Shown: piece after piece, positions 47,994 to 58,090 of the stretch
How the letters are laid out: each line of letters begins with the position of its first letter
How positions within the stretch are numbered: position 1 is the stretch's first letter
IMG/VR virus record: IMGVR_UViG_3300024346_009227
Location: 1-64,000 of that record
From: a virus
Reading direction: 5' to 3' (one strand)
Length of the DNA: 64,000 nt
The notes under the pieces: model-generated
What the model saw: only the letters and a program-made list of their open reading frames with translations
Databases searched by the model: none
Told to the model about the DNA's origin: nothing
Made by a program: the position numbers and the translations under genes

Positions 47994-48738
47994 GTATCTA
48001 ATAGAACATTATGTGCAACAACTTAAATCTACATATCAAATAGCAGAAGAATTTGGCACATACCCCAACAAGGTTAGAAGGGCTTTAGTTGAGTTTGGTA
48101 TACCACTTAGGGATAAATCTCAAGCACAAGAGAAGGCTATAGAAACTGGTAGGTGTAAACACCCCACAAAAGGGAAGAAAGCATCAGAAGCAACAAAAAA
48201 TAAGATAAGTGATTCTATAGCTAATGTATGGCAAGAAATGGGTGAAGATGAAAAGAAGAGAAGGGCTGAAATGTCTAGACAGCAATGGGAATCTAAGTCT
48301 GTGCAAAAAGTAGAAGAAATGCAAAAGGCAGCAGCAATATCAGTTAGGGCAGCAGCAGTATACGGATCTAAACTAGAAAAGTTTTTGATTACTGGATTAA
48401 AAAAAGAAGGCTTTAAAGCAGACTTTCACAAAGAATTTTGGGCTATTGACAGAAAACAGCACATAGATATATTTATATCTGATCTTAATTTGGCAATAGA
48501 AATAGATGGGCCAAGTCATTTTAGATCAATTTGGGGTGAGGATATACATAAAAAACAAGTAGCTAGTGACAGTAAAAAGACTGGGTTTATAATAAATGCT
48601 GGAATGAAAATGATTCGTGTAAAAAATATAGATGGAAATAGTTCTGGATTTTATATGAGAACGATCTTGAAAAAACTTTTACATACAATAGACTTAGTGA
48701 AGAATGGTACGAAGGAAAGCTTTTTTGAACTGGAGTAA
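47974..48738 (+). CDS. HTH/NUMOD3 plus DUF559-like endonuclease
   Basis: STYQIAEEFG, HPTKGKKASEATKNKIS, IDI, IEIDGPSHF. Confidence 0.75.
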   Translation: MNQLTHEYLIEHYVQQLKSTYQIAEEFGTYPNKVRRALVEFGIPLRDKSQAQEKAIETGRCKHPTKGKKASEATKNKISDSIANVWQEMGEDEKKRRAEMSRQQWESKSVQKVEEMQKAAAISVRAAAVYGSKLEKFLITGLKKEGFKADFHKEFWAIDRKQHIDIFISDLNLAIEIDGPSHFRSIWGEDIHKKQVASDSKKTGFIINAGMKMIRVKNIDGNSSGFYMRTILKKLLHTIDLVKNGTKESFFELE

Positions 48739-48741
48739 TTA

Positions 48742-49407
48742 ATGTTAGATGAAGAAGAGAATGAAATTCCTCTTAGGACTAGTAGAGATTGGAACGAGTA
48801 TGTACTATCTCATTTTGGTCCAGATGAATTAGCTGATGGAAACCCAACAGTAGATGGTTTAAGAAGGGTTACAGAACTTCTTCTTGGGCCAATTATTGAT
48901 GGAAATGCCAAGGTAGTACAATCACCAACACCTCAGAATGACAATAGATGTGTTGTTGAATATGAAGTTACAGTTCGTATTGGAGAGGAAGTAGTATCGC
49001 AACAAAGTGTGGCTGATTGTTATCCTGGCAATTGTGACCACCGATTTGCCGTCTATTCTTCTGCAATAGCTGAAACTAGGGCTGAAGGTCGAGCATTGAG
49101 GAAACTTCTCAAATTACGCAAAGTAATCGCTGCTGAAGAAGCAGGGCTAGTTCCTCTTGAAGAAACTGGGGTTAATGGTAAAATAACTCCTACGCAGATG
49201 AATTTCATAGAAACTCTCTGCCAAAGAAATGATATCAATGTACCAGCTTATTTGGGTGCAGCAAAGGATTTTAACTTTAATGGAAAGCTTGAAGAAATTC
49301 CATACAAGTCAGCAGTTGCTGTAATATCACATTTGTCTGAAATGCAAAGAAATCAAGCGTCTATTAATGTTAAGTTCAAGGGCTATAACTCTAACTGGAG
49401 GAAGTAA
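48742..49407 (+). CDS. Putative single-strand annealing protein (Rad52/Sak-like)
   Basis: VDGLRR, AIAETRAEGRALRKLL, C-terminal ITPTQ-x-x-x-I-x-x-L module. Confidence 0.5.
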   Translation: MLDEEENEIPLRTSRDWNEYVLSHFGPDELADGNPTVDGLRRVTELLLGPIIDGNAKVVQSPTPQNDNRCVVEYEVTVRIGEEVVSQQSVADCYPGNCDHRFAVYSSAIAETRAEGRALRKLLKLRKVIAAEEAGLVPLEETGVNGKITPTQMNFIETLCQRNDINVPAYLGAAKDFNFNGKLEEIPYKSAVAVISHLSEMQRNQASINVKFKGYNSNWRK

Positions 49408-49409
49408 TT

Positions 49410-49778
49410 ATGAAGGCTATCATCCCAACAAAGTTTTGCACAATTGAAATTGATTGTGACTCTGTTAAAGATGTGTTTAGAGAAGTAGGAGGAATCTCCG
49501 AGATCTTTAATGAAGAAAAGTGTGGGTTGTGTGGTAATACAGCAATTATGCCAAAAACACGATCTGTAGAAAAAAACAAGAAAGTTTACGAATATTTTGA
49601 GATGGGTTGCACTAACTCAAAATGTAGGGCAAGGTTGTCTTATGGGCAGCGACAAGATGGTGGTGGGATTTTCCCAGTACGCAAGCTTGATACTAATGGT
49701 AAGCCTGATCGTGAAGCTGGTTCTTATGGTCCACATAATGGTTGGAGCAAATACCGAGGCGAAAACAAAGATGAGTGA
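49410..49778 (+). CDS. Zn-binding hypothetical protein
   Basis: CGLCG, C-x-x-x-x-CRARLSYGQ. Confidence 0.65.
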   Translation: MKAIIPTKFCTIEIDCDSVKDVFREVGGISEIFNEEKCGLCGNTAIMPKTRSVEKNKKVYEYFEMGCTNSKCRARLSYGQRQDGGGIFPVRKLDTNGKPDREAGSYGPHNGWSKYRGENKDE

Positions 49779-49929
49779 TGTTGGTATTGATGTTAGCTCT
49801 TTAAAGACTGAAGAGCTTAAAAAAGAACTCCTTTGGCTAGACGGATATGATACCGAATGGTCAAAGGAGATTTCTAAATTAATTAAAGAAGAACTTAAGC
49901 TTAGAGATATTCAAGTTCAACCCACATAG
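49771..49929 (+). CDS. Small hypothetical protein, last + strand gene
   Basis: 52-aa ORF from ATG 49771; overlaps the convergent gene end. Confidence 0.45.
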   Translation: MSDVGIDVSSLKTEELKKELLWLDGYDTEWSKEISKLIKEELKLRDIQVQPT

Positions 49930-50515
49930 CATATTGGGTTTTTGAACCAATCGAGTCTGGAGATGCAGATAGAGCAAGATACCAGTCGTGCCTATTTGAT
50001 ATAGTTCCACTTCCACTTGGACTTAAGCCTGACATTCCAGGCGAACTGGCTAATGATACAATTGATCCAGATCCTGCTGGCGTTTGCCAAGAAGAAGATC
50101 CAGAACCATCTAAGACATTGGTTACGCTAGGATGAATAAGCTCTGCAACTTTAGTAGTAACACCACTAGCTGCATTATTAATGTTTGATCTATCGTAGAT
50201 CCTTAGCTTTACATTCTGTGTAGCTACTGGGCTAGTATGGGTAAAACGCACATTTAAACTAGCTTGAGCATTGGTTATTGCTTGAAGATTTAGACCACTT
50301 GGAGATCCAATCCCATTAACTATTCCAGAGCTTGGATGAGAATATTTAATATTTGTTAGTGCAGCACCAGCAATTGTGCCATTACTATTAGTTATATAGG
50401 TAGAATCTTGATATGCACCTACAGAAACAGACGATCCAAATCCAGAGCTTCCAAAGAAACCTACACCACTGGAACCAATATCGTTTGTTGCTGAATAAAA
50501 AGCAAATGTAGCCAT
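49901..50515 (-). CDS. Putative virion structural protein (Gly/Ser-rich)
   Basis: AGGAG RBS and upstream promoter motif; beta-rich composition; end of the structural module. Confidence 0.65.
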   Translation of the reverse strand: MATFAFYSATNDIGSSGVGFFGSSGFGSSVSVGAYQDSTYITNSNGTIAGAALTNIKYSHPSSGIVNGIGSPSGLNLQAITNAQASLNVRFTHTSPVATQNVKLRIYDRSNINNAASGVTTKVAELIHPSVTNVLDGSGSSSWQTPAGSGSIVSLASSPGMSGLSPSGSGTISNRHDWYLALSASPDSIGSKTQYAMWVELEYL

Positions 50516-50530
50516 GATTTTTTCTCCTGA

Positions 50531-50548
50531 TATATAGTATATTACACC
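50531..50548 (-). promoter_or_regulatory. Candidate phage promoter motif GGTGTAATATACTAT
   Basis: Minus-strand copy directly upstream of the RBS and ATG 50515. Confidence 0.5.
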
Positions 50549-51951
50549 AATCTGGTTATAGTTACAGTTCCTTTTTTATATTCATGGTCAGGTGTATTAA
50601 TCGTAAATGCCCTACTTGTTACGACATAATATGAATAATATTCATCTAAATCAAGCGTTACTTTAGAATCTTCCAAGGTATTACGCCAAGTACAATCCAA
50701 AACTAATTTTCCATCTTTTGCATTAAAATCATTGAAAAATACATCAATTCTAGAGTCAGAAGACATAGAAATCTTTTGATTGTTTCCTGCACCACAGTCG
50801 CAAATCGCTATGCCAAGATCTGTTCCTTGACTACTTGAAAATGAAAGTGGAGTAATCATATAAGGATAAGTTAATCTAGAATCAACACAATTTTTGTGAT
50901 CTACAAAAACACATTCAAGATTACCTGTTTCATATCTATAATTATCTCGCTCTATGCCACCTTGAATAAATGTGTATATTCTTTTTGCATTATAATTTCC
51001 ATGCGATACACATTTTGGTTCATTAGTAAATGCTACTGGATTAGTAACCCAACTTGCCTGACCATTGCCTTCAAGTTTATATACTGGTTGCTCTTCATTA
51101 GCTGGTCTTGCATAACATAATAATTGTTGGCAAACATTTATTTTTAAATCTACTCCTGTTACTCCACAACAAAACCATTCTGATGGTAAAGAAACTATTA
51201 TAGCTCCATCTTGCATATTTGTTTTTTTAGTTGAATAAACTTTTGTCCATTCTACATCATCAAAAACTGGAAGAGTTCCACCAAATGTTCTTTTCGGTCT
51301 TGCGTATAATGAACAATTAATTCCATTATTAGTTTCTTTTACTTGAATCCATGTAGTTGATTCTATAGTGTTAGTGCCATCTTGAGATCCATTCCAATCA
51401 TCTACTCCAAATGCACCCTGATAAAGTCCAGCATATTTCATATTATATACATTTCCACTTTTTGTACTCCATCCCGAAAAATCTATGGTTCCAGCAAACA
51501 ACAATCTTTTTCTTCCGTCTGGCATAACATTTCCATATGGACCCTTATCTGTTTCTACCATGTCTGGTGCAGTATATACTCCATATGTGTTGCTCCATAC
51601 TGCTTCATGTGCTGGTATTGGGTATGGTCTATGTACAAAAATTAAAAATCCAGTAACAAGACTAAAAGTGCTTTTAACACCATCCATTTCTTTACATGGA
51701 CATAGACCCTTTGAGCAACAAGCACATATTACTGGGGGTGGAGTTGTTGATGGTTCTGGTGGTCCAACAGTTGTCGTATTTGGATTAACAGTTGTCGTGT
51801 TTGGATTAACAGTTGTCGTATTTGGATTAACAGTTGTCGTGTTTGGATTTGTGGTTGTAGTTGGTCTAACTGTAGTTGTTGGTGCAGCAGTAGTGGTTGT
51901 TGTTGTAGGGCAACATACAGAACACTGAAATGTTTCTGGTGACTTAGGCAT
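50542..51951 (-). CDS. Putative virion/tail protein with Cys clusters and Thr/Pro-rich stalk
   Basis: CSVCC, TTTVNPN repeats, CACC, beta-rich C-terminal domain. Confidence 0.7.
   Translation of the reverse strand: MPKSPETFQCSVCCPTTTTTTAAPTTTVRPTTTTNPNTTTVNPNTTTVNPNTTTVNPNTTTVGPPEPSTTPPPVICACCSKGLCPCKEMDGVKSTFSLVTGFLIFVHRPYPIPAHEAVWSNTYGVYTAPDMVETDKGPYGNVMPDGRKRLLFAGTIDFSGWSTKSGNVYNMKYAGLYQGAFGVDDWNGSQDGTNTIESTTWIQVKETNNGINCSLYARPKRTFGGTLPVFDDVEWTKVYSTKKTNMQDGAIIVSLPSEWFCCGVTGVDLKINVCQQLLCYARPANEEQPVYKLEGNGQASWVTNPVAFTNEPKCVSHGNYNAKRIYTFIQGGIERDNYRYETGNLECVFVDHKNCVDSRLTYPYMITPLSFSSSQGTDLGIAICDCGAGNNQKISMSSDSRIDVFFNDFNAKDGKLVLDCTWRNTLEDSKVTLDLDEYYSYYVVTSRAFTINTPDHEYKKGTVTITRLV
51767..51850 (-). 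repeat. 21-nt coding tandem repeat (TTTVNPN)
   Basis: aacagttgtcgt(a/g)tttggatt occurs about four times. Confidence 0.85.
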
Positions 51952-53361
51952 TTATTTTTTTCCTATAATCTTTATTCCATACATTTCAAGTGTTTTATAT
52001 ATATTTGAAAGTTCCTCTTTGAGCAAAGAGAGTTCATCAGTTTCTTCTTGGTTAGATTGTTTAAATGGTGAGTATGAAGATATAGAGCATCCTTGAACAT
52101 CTGCATATGTAACAGTTATGCTTCCATTAGAACAACTAATGCTTTTAACTACCGAAACTACATTTGTACATGTATTTGGTGAAGAAGTTGTTGTTGGCGT
52201 AGCAGTGGTTGTTGGCTCTGAAGTAGTTGTAGTAGTTGGATCTGGAGTTGTGCTAGTTGTTGTACTTGTAGTTGTACTAGTTGTTGTACTTGTAGTGGTA
52301 CTAGTTGTTGTGCTGGTAGTGGTACTGGTGGTTGTGCTTGTCGTACTAGTTGTACTAGTTGTGCTGGTTGTAGTCGTTGTTGTTGTTGGATCTGGTGTTG
52401 TACTGGTCGTTGTAGTTGTAGTAGTTGTTGTGGTTGTTGTTGGATCTGGAGTTGTACTAGTCGTTGTACTAGTCGTGCTAGTGGTGCTAGTTGTAGTCGT
52501 TGTTGTAGTTGGATCTGGCGTTGTACTAGTCGTTGTACTGGTGGTTGTCGTTGTAGTTGGATCTGGAGTTGTGCTGGTCGTTGTACTTGTTGTGCTAGTC
52601 GTGCTAGTTGTAGTCGTTGTTGGATCTGGAGTTGTGCTGGTCGTTGTACTTGTTGTGCTAGTCGTGCTAGTTGTAGTCGTTGTTGGATCTGGAGTTGTGC
52701 TGGTCGTTGTGCTTGTTGTGCTTGTTGTGCTAGTTGTACTTGTCGTAGTAGTCGTAGTAGTTGGATCTGGTGTTGTGCTTGTTGTAGTAGTAGTAGTCGT
52801 AGTAACAGAATCACAAGAACCTAATGATGCAACTGTTCCTCCTGATATGTTATAAAAATTAGTTTTGTCTGAAAGAATAATTGATATTAAATATGGATCA
52901 TTTAATCCTGTGTCAAGATACAATGATGAACCGATTACTAAGTTTTCATCTTCAGAATATAAAGGAAAGCTATCTGTAGAATCACAAGCTTCTAATGCTA
53001 TGTTACCACTGATTCCATAATATAAAGTATGTGTGTAGTATACCGGTGGAGTAAATGTAAGATATCTTGTAAGAGTTGCCCCAGTAATACCAGTAGGATA
53101 GTCTGCACCAAAAGTTATATTTGAGTACTGACTAAATACCCCTAATTGAAGAAATGATGACCCACCAGGAAAAATAACTTCATAACCATTAACTGTTGCA
53201 CTACCTCCATCAAAGTTATAAGTTGAAATAACTTCTAATGTTCCACGATAGTAAAGTCTCCAAACAGTATTGCAATAACCATCTACAGTTAAAGTATTTC
53301 CACTAACGCTTCCGCAAATACTATTTCCGCTAACATAACTAAATGTTGGATTTGCTGGCAT
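51952..53361 (-). CDS. Mucin-like Thr/Ser-rich putative virion protein
   Basis: Over 200 residues almost entirely T/S with PDP breaks; C-terminus resembles that of 53361..58082. Confidence 0.75.
   Translation of the reverse strand: MPANPTFSYVSGNSICGSVSGNTLTVDGYCNTVWRLYYRGTLEVISTYNFDGGSATVNGYEVIFPGGSSFLQLGVFSQYSNITFGADYPTGITGATLTRYLTFTPPVYYTHTLYYGISGNIALEACDSTDSFPLYSEDENLVIGSSLYLDTGLNDPYLISIILSDKTNFYNISGGTVASLGSCDSVTTTTTTTTSTTPDPTTTTTTTSTTSTTSTTSTTTSTTPDPTTTTTSTTSTTSTTTSTTPDPTTTTTSTTSTTSTTTSTTPDPTTTTTTSTTTSTTPDPTTTTTTTSTTSTTSTTTSTTPDPTTTTTTTTTTTTSTTPDPTTTTTTTSTTSTTSTTSTTTSTTTSTTTSTTTSTTTSTTTSTTTSTTPDPTTTTTSEPTTTATPTTTSSPNTCTNVVSVVKSISCSNGSITVTYADVQGCSISSYSPFKQSNQEETDELSLLKEELSNIYKTLEMYGIKIIGKK
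52180..52806 (-). repeat. Thr/Ser-Pro-Asp-Pro tandem repeat array
   Basis: Eight ggatctgg (PDP) units; 63-nt tandem units starting at 52559, 52622 and 52685. Confidence 0.9.
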
Positions 53362-56300
53362 TATTTATCCCCTAATGTTTTTATCCCATACAATTCAAGC
53401 ATGTTATATAGGTTTGACAATTGACCAGTTAATGATTGAACTTGAGCACTTAAAAGTTTTATTTGTATACTTGTTGGCAATCCACTTTGAGGTGGTGGTG
53501 GCATAGTTGTGGCACATTTTACTGCATAATCATAGTCTACAGATAGTTCGCCATCAGCATCACAAGTAACGCCAACCACAACCCTTAGACAACCAGCATT
53601 TGGATCTGCTGTTGTTGTTGGTCCTTCAGTGGTAGATGTTGGGCTAGCTGTTGTAGTTGGAGCCTGAGTGGTGCTGGTAGTACAATATCCCCCTAATGGT
53701 TCATCTGTTACAACTCTAGCATCTTCACAATTATTGGGTGCATCACAACCTGTGTATGGACCAGAACTACTTTCATCTACTTCCGTTGAGCAATAATGAC
53801 ATTCATTATCTTCATATTTATTTAACCAATAATCTGGACATAAAGTTGTCGATGTTGATGTAGTTGTTACACATGGGTATCCTACATTCTCATTTTGTTG
53901 ATCTGCATCTATAGCACAATCTTCTGCTTTAGTTGGACCAGTATATTCTCCATTTGAATCATAATGACAACTAAAGCATGGATCATCAAAAACAAGTGTC
54001 ATTGAACAATTAGTGTTAAGTCCAGGCAATTGTGATTCACAGACCTCTAATGTGAATGGTCCAGATACATAATTAGGACTTCCACAAAATTGAGTACAAT
54101 TATAACATTCTGACTCTGTTTCAACAACACAGTATGCTGGTGCAGGAGTTGTTGTTGGTGCTATTGTTGTTGGTGCTATTGTTGTTGGTGGAGCAGTGGT
54201 ATTATTATTAGGATCTGTTGTTACTGGAACAATGTCTTTTAAAAGACCATTTTTAAATTTTAAGGTTGTTATTGATCCTTCTTTTGTAACTAATACTGCT
54301 TGATTACCAGTAAATCCATTTGTATTAACAAAGAACATTCCTTCTGTTGATTCGCATTCATCCTGTGCAACTTGTACTTTAAAGTCAGAACTATTCTCTT
54401 TAGTGGTTGTTGTTGTTGGTGTGTTTGGATCTACAGCAGCAGGACAATCTGATACTTGACCATCAAATTTTATTTTTATTTGTTCGCCTTTAATAATCCA
54501 TCTTCCGTCATTAGCTGAATAGCAAAGAAGTACAGATTGATTAGCGTATATTTTTCTTGCTGAAAAATTTTTAATTAATATTTGTTGTGATGATCTATTA
54601 CCATTCATGTTTAAATATACATAGCCATCATCAAATGGTCTTATGTTTGATACAGCAAAGCCAGTGGCTATATCGTGAGAAGTCCAAACACCTCTATACT
54701 TATCCCACATTAAATCAACTGGTCCAGCTAAACCTTCTCCTGTTGCATAAGCAACACTATTTGGCAATACTTTTGGTATAGGAACAGCAACTACTTCATC
54801 ATATCTATTTTTTACTGTTACTAAATTTCCATCGCCATCAGTTAATAAATCATAATCCATATATGAATTGCCATACCCAACAACCATAATTGGGCCACGA
54901 AGACCTACTGGTTGACATTTAATTACATTTCTTGGACCATATCTTGAATGAACATATATTGCTTCTTTATTGCCATTAAGAACATTTCCTGACGATTCAA
55001 GAAAATCAGCAGCATGATAATTATCATAAATATAACCTCCATCACCATGAAAGCTATGTATTGCTGGAGGTCTGCCACCAGGAAATTTCCAATCTCCTTT
55101 TACTTCATCTGTATATCTGTATGGATTATATGTGTATGCTGTTGGGAGTCCTTCTGGAGCAGAAAGAAAAGAGCCATATGGAATTGATGTCACTGTATTT
55201 AATAGAGATTGACTTCCAAAATTGTTGAATGGTGAAAATAGACCATCATAAGAAACAGCACCTTTATTTCTATAATCTCCAGATTGAATCGCCATAGCAC
55301 CAGCACTCTCTATGTTGCTATGAGATCCACCAATTGTTTTTCTTCTTACAGTTGCACCCTTATCTGCCATAGGATCAATTGTTTGGGCTAATACTATATT
55401 TTGATGTGGTGTATTTCTGTCGTATCTTCTTCCAAGATAATTTAGTACAAAGTTTTGTATTTTTGCTCCAGCAAAAGATCTCTGTAGAGATTGAGCTTTC
55501 TTTATTGATTCCATATAAACAAACAATATATTTTTTCTGTCAGAATATGCTTTTATGGCAGACTTTTTAAGTCTTTCTGTATTATATCTTGATGGCATTC
55601 CAAATTTTGGAGTAAATGTTCTAAATGAATATTGTGTGGTTACACCAGATGGTCCATATGATGTATTTATTGATGTTACTATTGGACCATTCTTTACTAT
55701 TTCATCACCAAGATTATGTTCTGGCAAACCAATTTTATTTAAAGAACCAGTTTCAAAATAAGGAACTGGATTTATATCTTTTAATCTATTTTTAGCAGCT
55801 TCTTCTAATGTTCCAGATGCGTTGAATTGCCAAGGAACTAAGTCGTTGTTCTGCTCTATTTTTGTTTTTCCACCTTTTGTATTCCCAAAATACCAAGGGC
55901 CATAAAAATCATTTCTTGTAGATTTGAAGTTAAGCATTGCTTGAAATGGATATAGTGCAGGAAGACCTGTTTTAAAATTTTCAGATTGACCAAGCACTTG
56001 ATTTCTATATTGTAATCCAAAATAGCATGTTACAAGTGCATCAACGCCAAATTGATTGTGTATCAATCGATTAAATGCAGCAACAGATTGTCCTATTGAA
56101 ACTAATACATGCTCTGAATCTTTTTTGTCTACACCAATATATTGAGTGCTTATCCATGTTCCAACAGTTCCTAAACCAACTACTTCAGAATGCACTGTTG
56201 TTTTTATTAATGCGTTTTGGGCTATTGGAATAGTTACATATTGTTCGTTTACTGAGGCTTTGACCCATAAATATTGAGAACCGCTATCTGAATAAGAAAT

Positions 56301-58082
56301 TGTGTCTGAAGAACTACTATCGTATGTAAATTGAGTTTCCCATGAATTTGGTAAGTTAAAAATTAACCAATTCTGCATTTTTCCATCTTGATTTAATGCC
56401 ATAGCATTTAACATTTCTCTAGGCAAAGAAGTATTTGTCTTTGCTTCAAGAATTGCTGGATCTATCCATCCAGAATCAGTTGGTAAAATATTGTATATTT
56501 TTTTAGGTTGATTTTGTTTAATATTTAAATCTAAACTGTCTGAACTTGTATAGCTTTCTAATACTTGTTTTATTAAAAGGCCATCGCTTTTAGAATCTGG
56601 CTTGTTTTGTCCATTATCAACAGTATTATAATTAAGGTCACCTTTATAATTAACTTCTACTAAAAATTGTTTGCCGTAATATGAATCTATTACTGATTTT
56701 AAATAGGTAAAAAGTTGTGCCCCACGAATAACTCCTATATCATTATCTTTTTCTGAAAACTCTCTTTTCAATGGAAATTCTGTAGATCCACCACCAGCCA
56801 TAAAGTTGGCAACCATAGAGATATTTGTTCTTGGAGCTTTAAGAAATACTCTAGTGTATATATTGTCATTAGCAAAAGCATCATCCCATATTTCTAAATA
56901 CAATGACCAATTGTCTTGATTGCCACCAGTTATCAACAACAACTCATCCATTGTCATTTCATAATATGTAGCACCAGGAAATATTGATTCCATTCCAACT
57001 AAAGGTATTCCCCAAGCATTTGCTTTTATAGTAGAATGACTAGATATGGAAGGTCTTAAACTATTAAATCTATAGTTATAATACGGACATGCACATTTTA
57101 CAACATCATAAGATGCAGATGACCAATATGCTTCTCCATTAATATCATATCCCCAAAATTGTTTTATTCTTGAATTTGGACCAGCAGCATTGCCATAATA
57201 ATTTTGAGTGTAATTTACTGGTGTTCCAACAACAACATTCATTTGAGTTAAACTTACATCGTTATTAAAACAAATACTATGTTCTTTTAATCCACCCCAA
57301 AGCATAAAGTTTGATTCAATATTGTTGGAAGACTCAACTCCAGCATCCCAAGAAATAACATTCCTGTCTTTTGCCAAATCTTTTATAACATTTTGAACTT
57401 TTTGATTGGCTGCATCTACACCTAGACTTGTTGTTTGAACTGTAAATTCTGTGCCTGTGAGAGTAATCTTAAACAATAAACCTAAATCGTCACAAATTTT
57501 AGATATTAAATCCATTAAGTTTATATATGGGCCTTCTATTCTATAAAATTTTGGTACTTTGGTTGCAAAATCTAACTTTATTGAATATGGTACTCCAGCA
57601 GAAATAATCCCATATTTTTTAGAAAGTTCATTTATGCCTTCTTCAAGTTTTGAATACGGCATCCCTCCTTCATTAGCCTGACTCTTTCCAAACTCTTTGC
57701 TCTCCCACCATCTAAAAACATTGAACATGTTTATTATTGGGGAGTCTTCTTTTGCATCATTAGTTCCATATAAACTACTAGTTATTACTTCAACATTTTT
57801 AATTAATTCTTTTCCATCATTTAATTTTACTTCATAAAAAGTTCCACCAGTATCATGTTTTTCAATAACTCTATCTAGAAAACCATTAAAAACAAAAGCG
57901 TTATCTTTTTTTAACTTAAACTCATAATTTTTTCCTAACTCATATGTACCTATTGTTGTTTCATTATTTTCTGGATCTGGAGCAAGTTTTATATTTACAG
58001 ATGATTCTGTATCATTCCACCCAATAGATGAATTGAAATCTACTATTGTTAAACCTAAAAATTTTAATCTTTCAAAACTCAT
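53361..58082 (-). CDS. Large tail/baseplate-hub-like virion protein (1573 aa)
   Basis: Downstream of tape-measure and tail genes; Cys-rich repeats and Thr linkers near the C-terminus. Confidence 0.65.
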   Translation of the reverse strand: MSFERLKFLGLTIVDFNSSIGWNDTESSVNIKLAPDPENNETTIGTYELGKNYEFKLKKDNAFVFNGFLDRVIEKHDTGGTFYEVKLNDGKELIKNVEVITSSLYGTNDAKEDSPIINMFNVFRWWESKEFGKSQANEGGMPYSKLEEGINELSKKYGIISAGVPYSIKLDFATKVPKFYRIEGPYINLMDLISKICDDLGLLFKITLTGTEFTVQTTSLGVDAANQKVQNVIKDLAKDRNVISWDAGVESSNNIESNFMLWGGLKEHSICFNNDVSLTQMNVVVGTPVNYTQNYYGNAAGPNSRIKQFWGYDINGEAYWSSASYDVVKCACPYYNYRFNSLRPSISSHSTIKANAWGIPLVGMESIFPGATYYEMTMDELLLITGGNQDNWSLYLEIWDDAFANDNIYTRVFLKAPRTNISMVANFMAGGGSTEFPLKREFSEKDNDIGVIRGAQLFTYLKSVIDSYYGKQFLVEVNYKGDLNYNTVDNGQNKPDSKSDGLLIKQVLESYTSSDSLDLNIKQNQPKKIYNILPTDSGWIDPAILEAKTNTSLPREMLNAMALNQDGKMQNWLIFNLPNSWETQFTYDSSSSDTISYSDSGSQYLWVKASVNEQYVTIPIAQNALIKTTVHSEVVGLGTVGTWISTQYIGVDKKDSEHVLVSIGQSVAAFNRLIHNQFGVDALVTCYFGLQYRNQVLGQSENFKTGLPALYPFQAMLNFKSTRNDFYGPWYFGNTKGGKTKIEQNNDLVPWQFNASGTLEEAAKNRLKDINPVPYFETGSLNKIGLPEHNLGDEIVKNGPIVTSINTSYGPSGVTTQYSFRTFTPKFGMPSRYNTERLKKSAIKAYSDRKNILFVYMESIKKAQSLQRSFAGAKIQNFVLNYLGRRYDRNTPHQNIVLAQTIDPMADKGATVRRKTIGGSHSNIESAGAMAIQSGDYRNKGAVSYDGLFSPFNNFGSQSLLNTVTSIPYGSFLSAPEGLPTAYTYNPYRYTDEVKGDWKFPGGRPPAIHSFHGDGGYIYDNYHAADFLESSGNVLNGNKEAIYVHSRYGPRNVIKCQPVGLRGPIMVVGYGNSYMDYDLLTDGDGNLVTVKNRYDEVVAVPIPKVLPNSVAYATGEGLAGPVDLMWDKYRGVWTSHDIATGFAVSNIRPFDDGYVYLNMNGNRSSQQILIKNFSARKIYANQSVLLCYSANDGRWIIKGEQIKIKFDGQVSDCPAAVDPNTPTTTTTKENSSDFKVQVAQDECESTEGMFFVNTNGFTGNQAVLVTKEGSITTLKFKNGLLKDIVPVTTDPNNNTTAPPTTIAPTTIAPTTTPAPAYCVVETESECYNCTQFCGSPNYVSGPFTLEVCESQLPGLNTNCSMTLVFDDPCFSCHYDSNGEYTGPTKAEDCAIDADQQNENVGYPCVTTTSTSTTLCPDYWLNKYEDNECHYCSTEVDESSSGPYTGCDAPNNCEDARVVTDEPLGGYCTTSTTQAPTTTASPTSTTEGPTTTADPNAGCLRVVVGVTCDADGELSVDYDYAVKCATTMPPPPQSGLPTSIQIKLLSAQVQSLTGQLSNLYNMLELYGIKTLGDK

Positions 58083-58090
58083 TTGTTCAC

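Noticed and set aside
2036-49579. Many 60-150 aa ORFs antisense to or nested in recognised genes (e.g. 14568..14912, 28464..28778, 37137..37577)
   Set aside because: They overlap well-supported genes and show no motifs or RBS.
51485-51928. Val-rich antisense ORFs (also 61388..61699)
   Set aside because: Antisense shadows of Thr-rich tracts.
51767-52806. Tandem repeats as a CRISPR array
   Set aside because: In-frame coding repeats with no unique spacers.
52118-52855. 245-aa Val-rich + strand ORF and 218-aa Gln/Leu-rich alternative-frame ORF
   Set aside because: Shadows of the Thr/Ser codon repeat, which lacks stops in other frames; only the Thr frame joins flanking domains.
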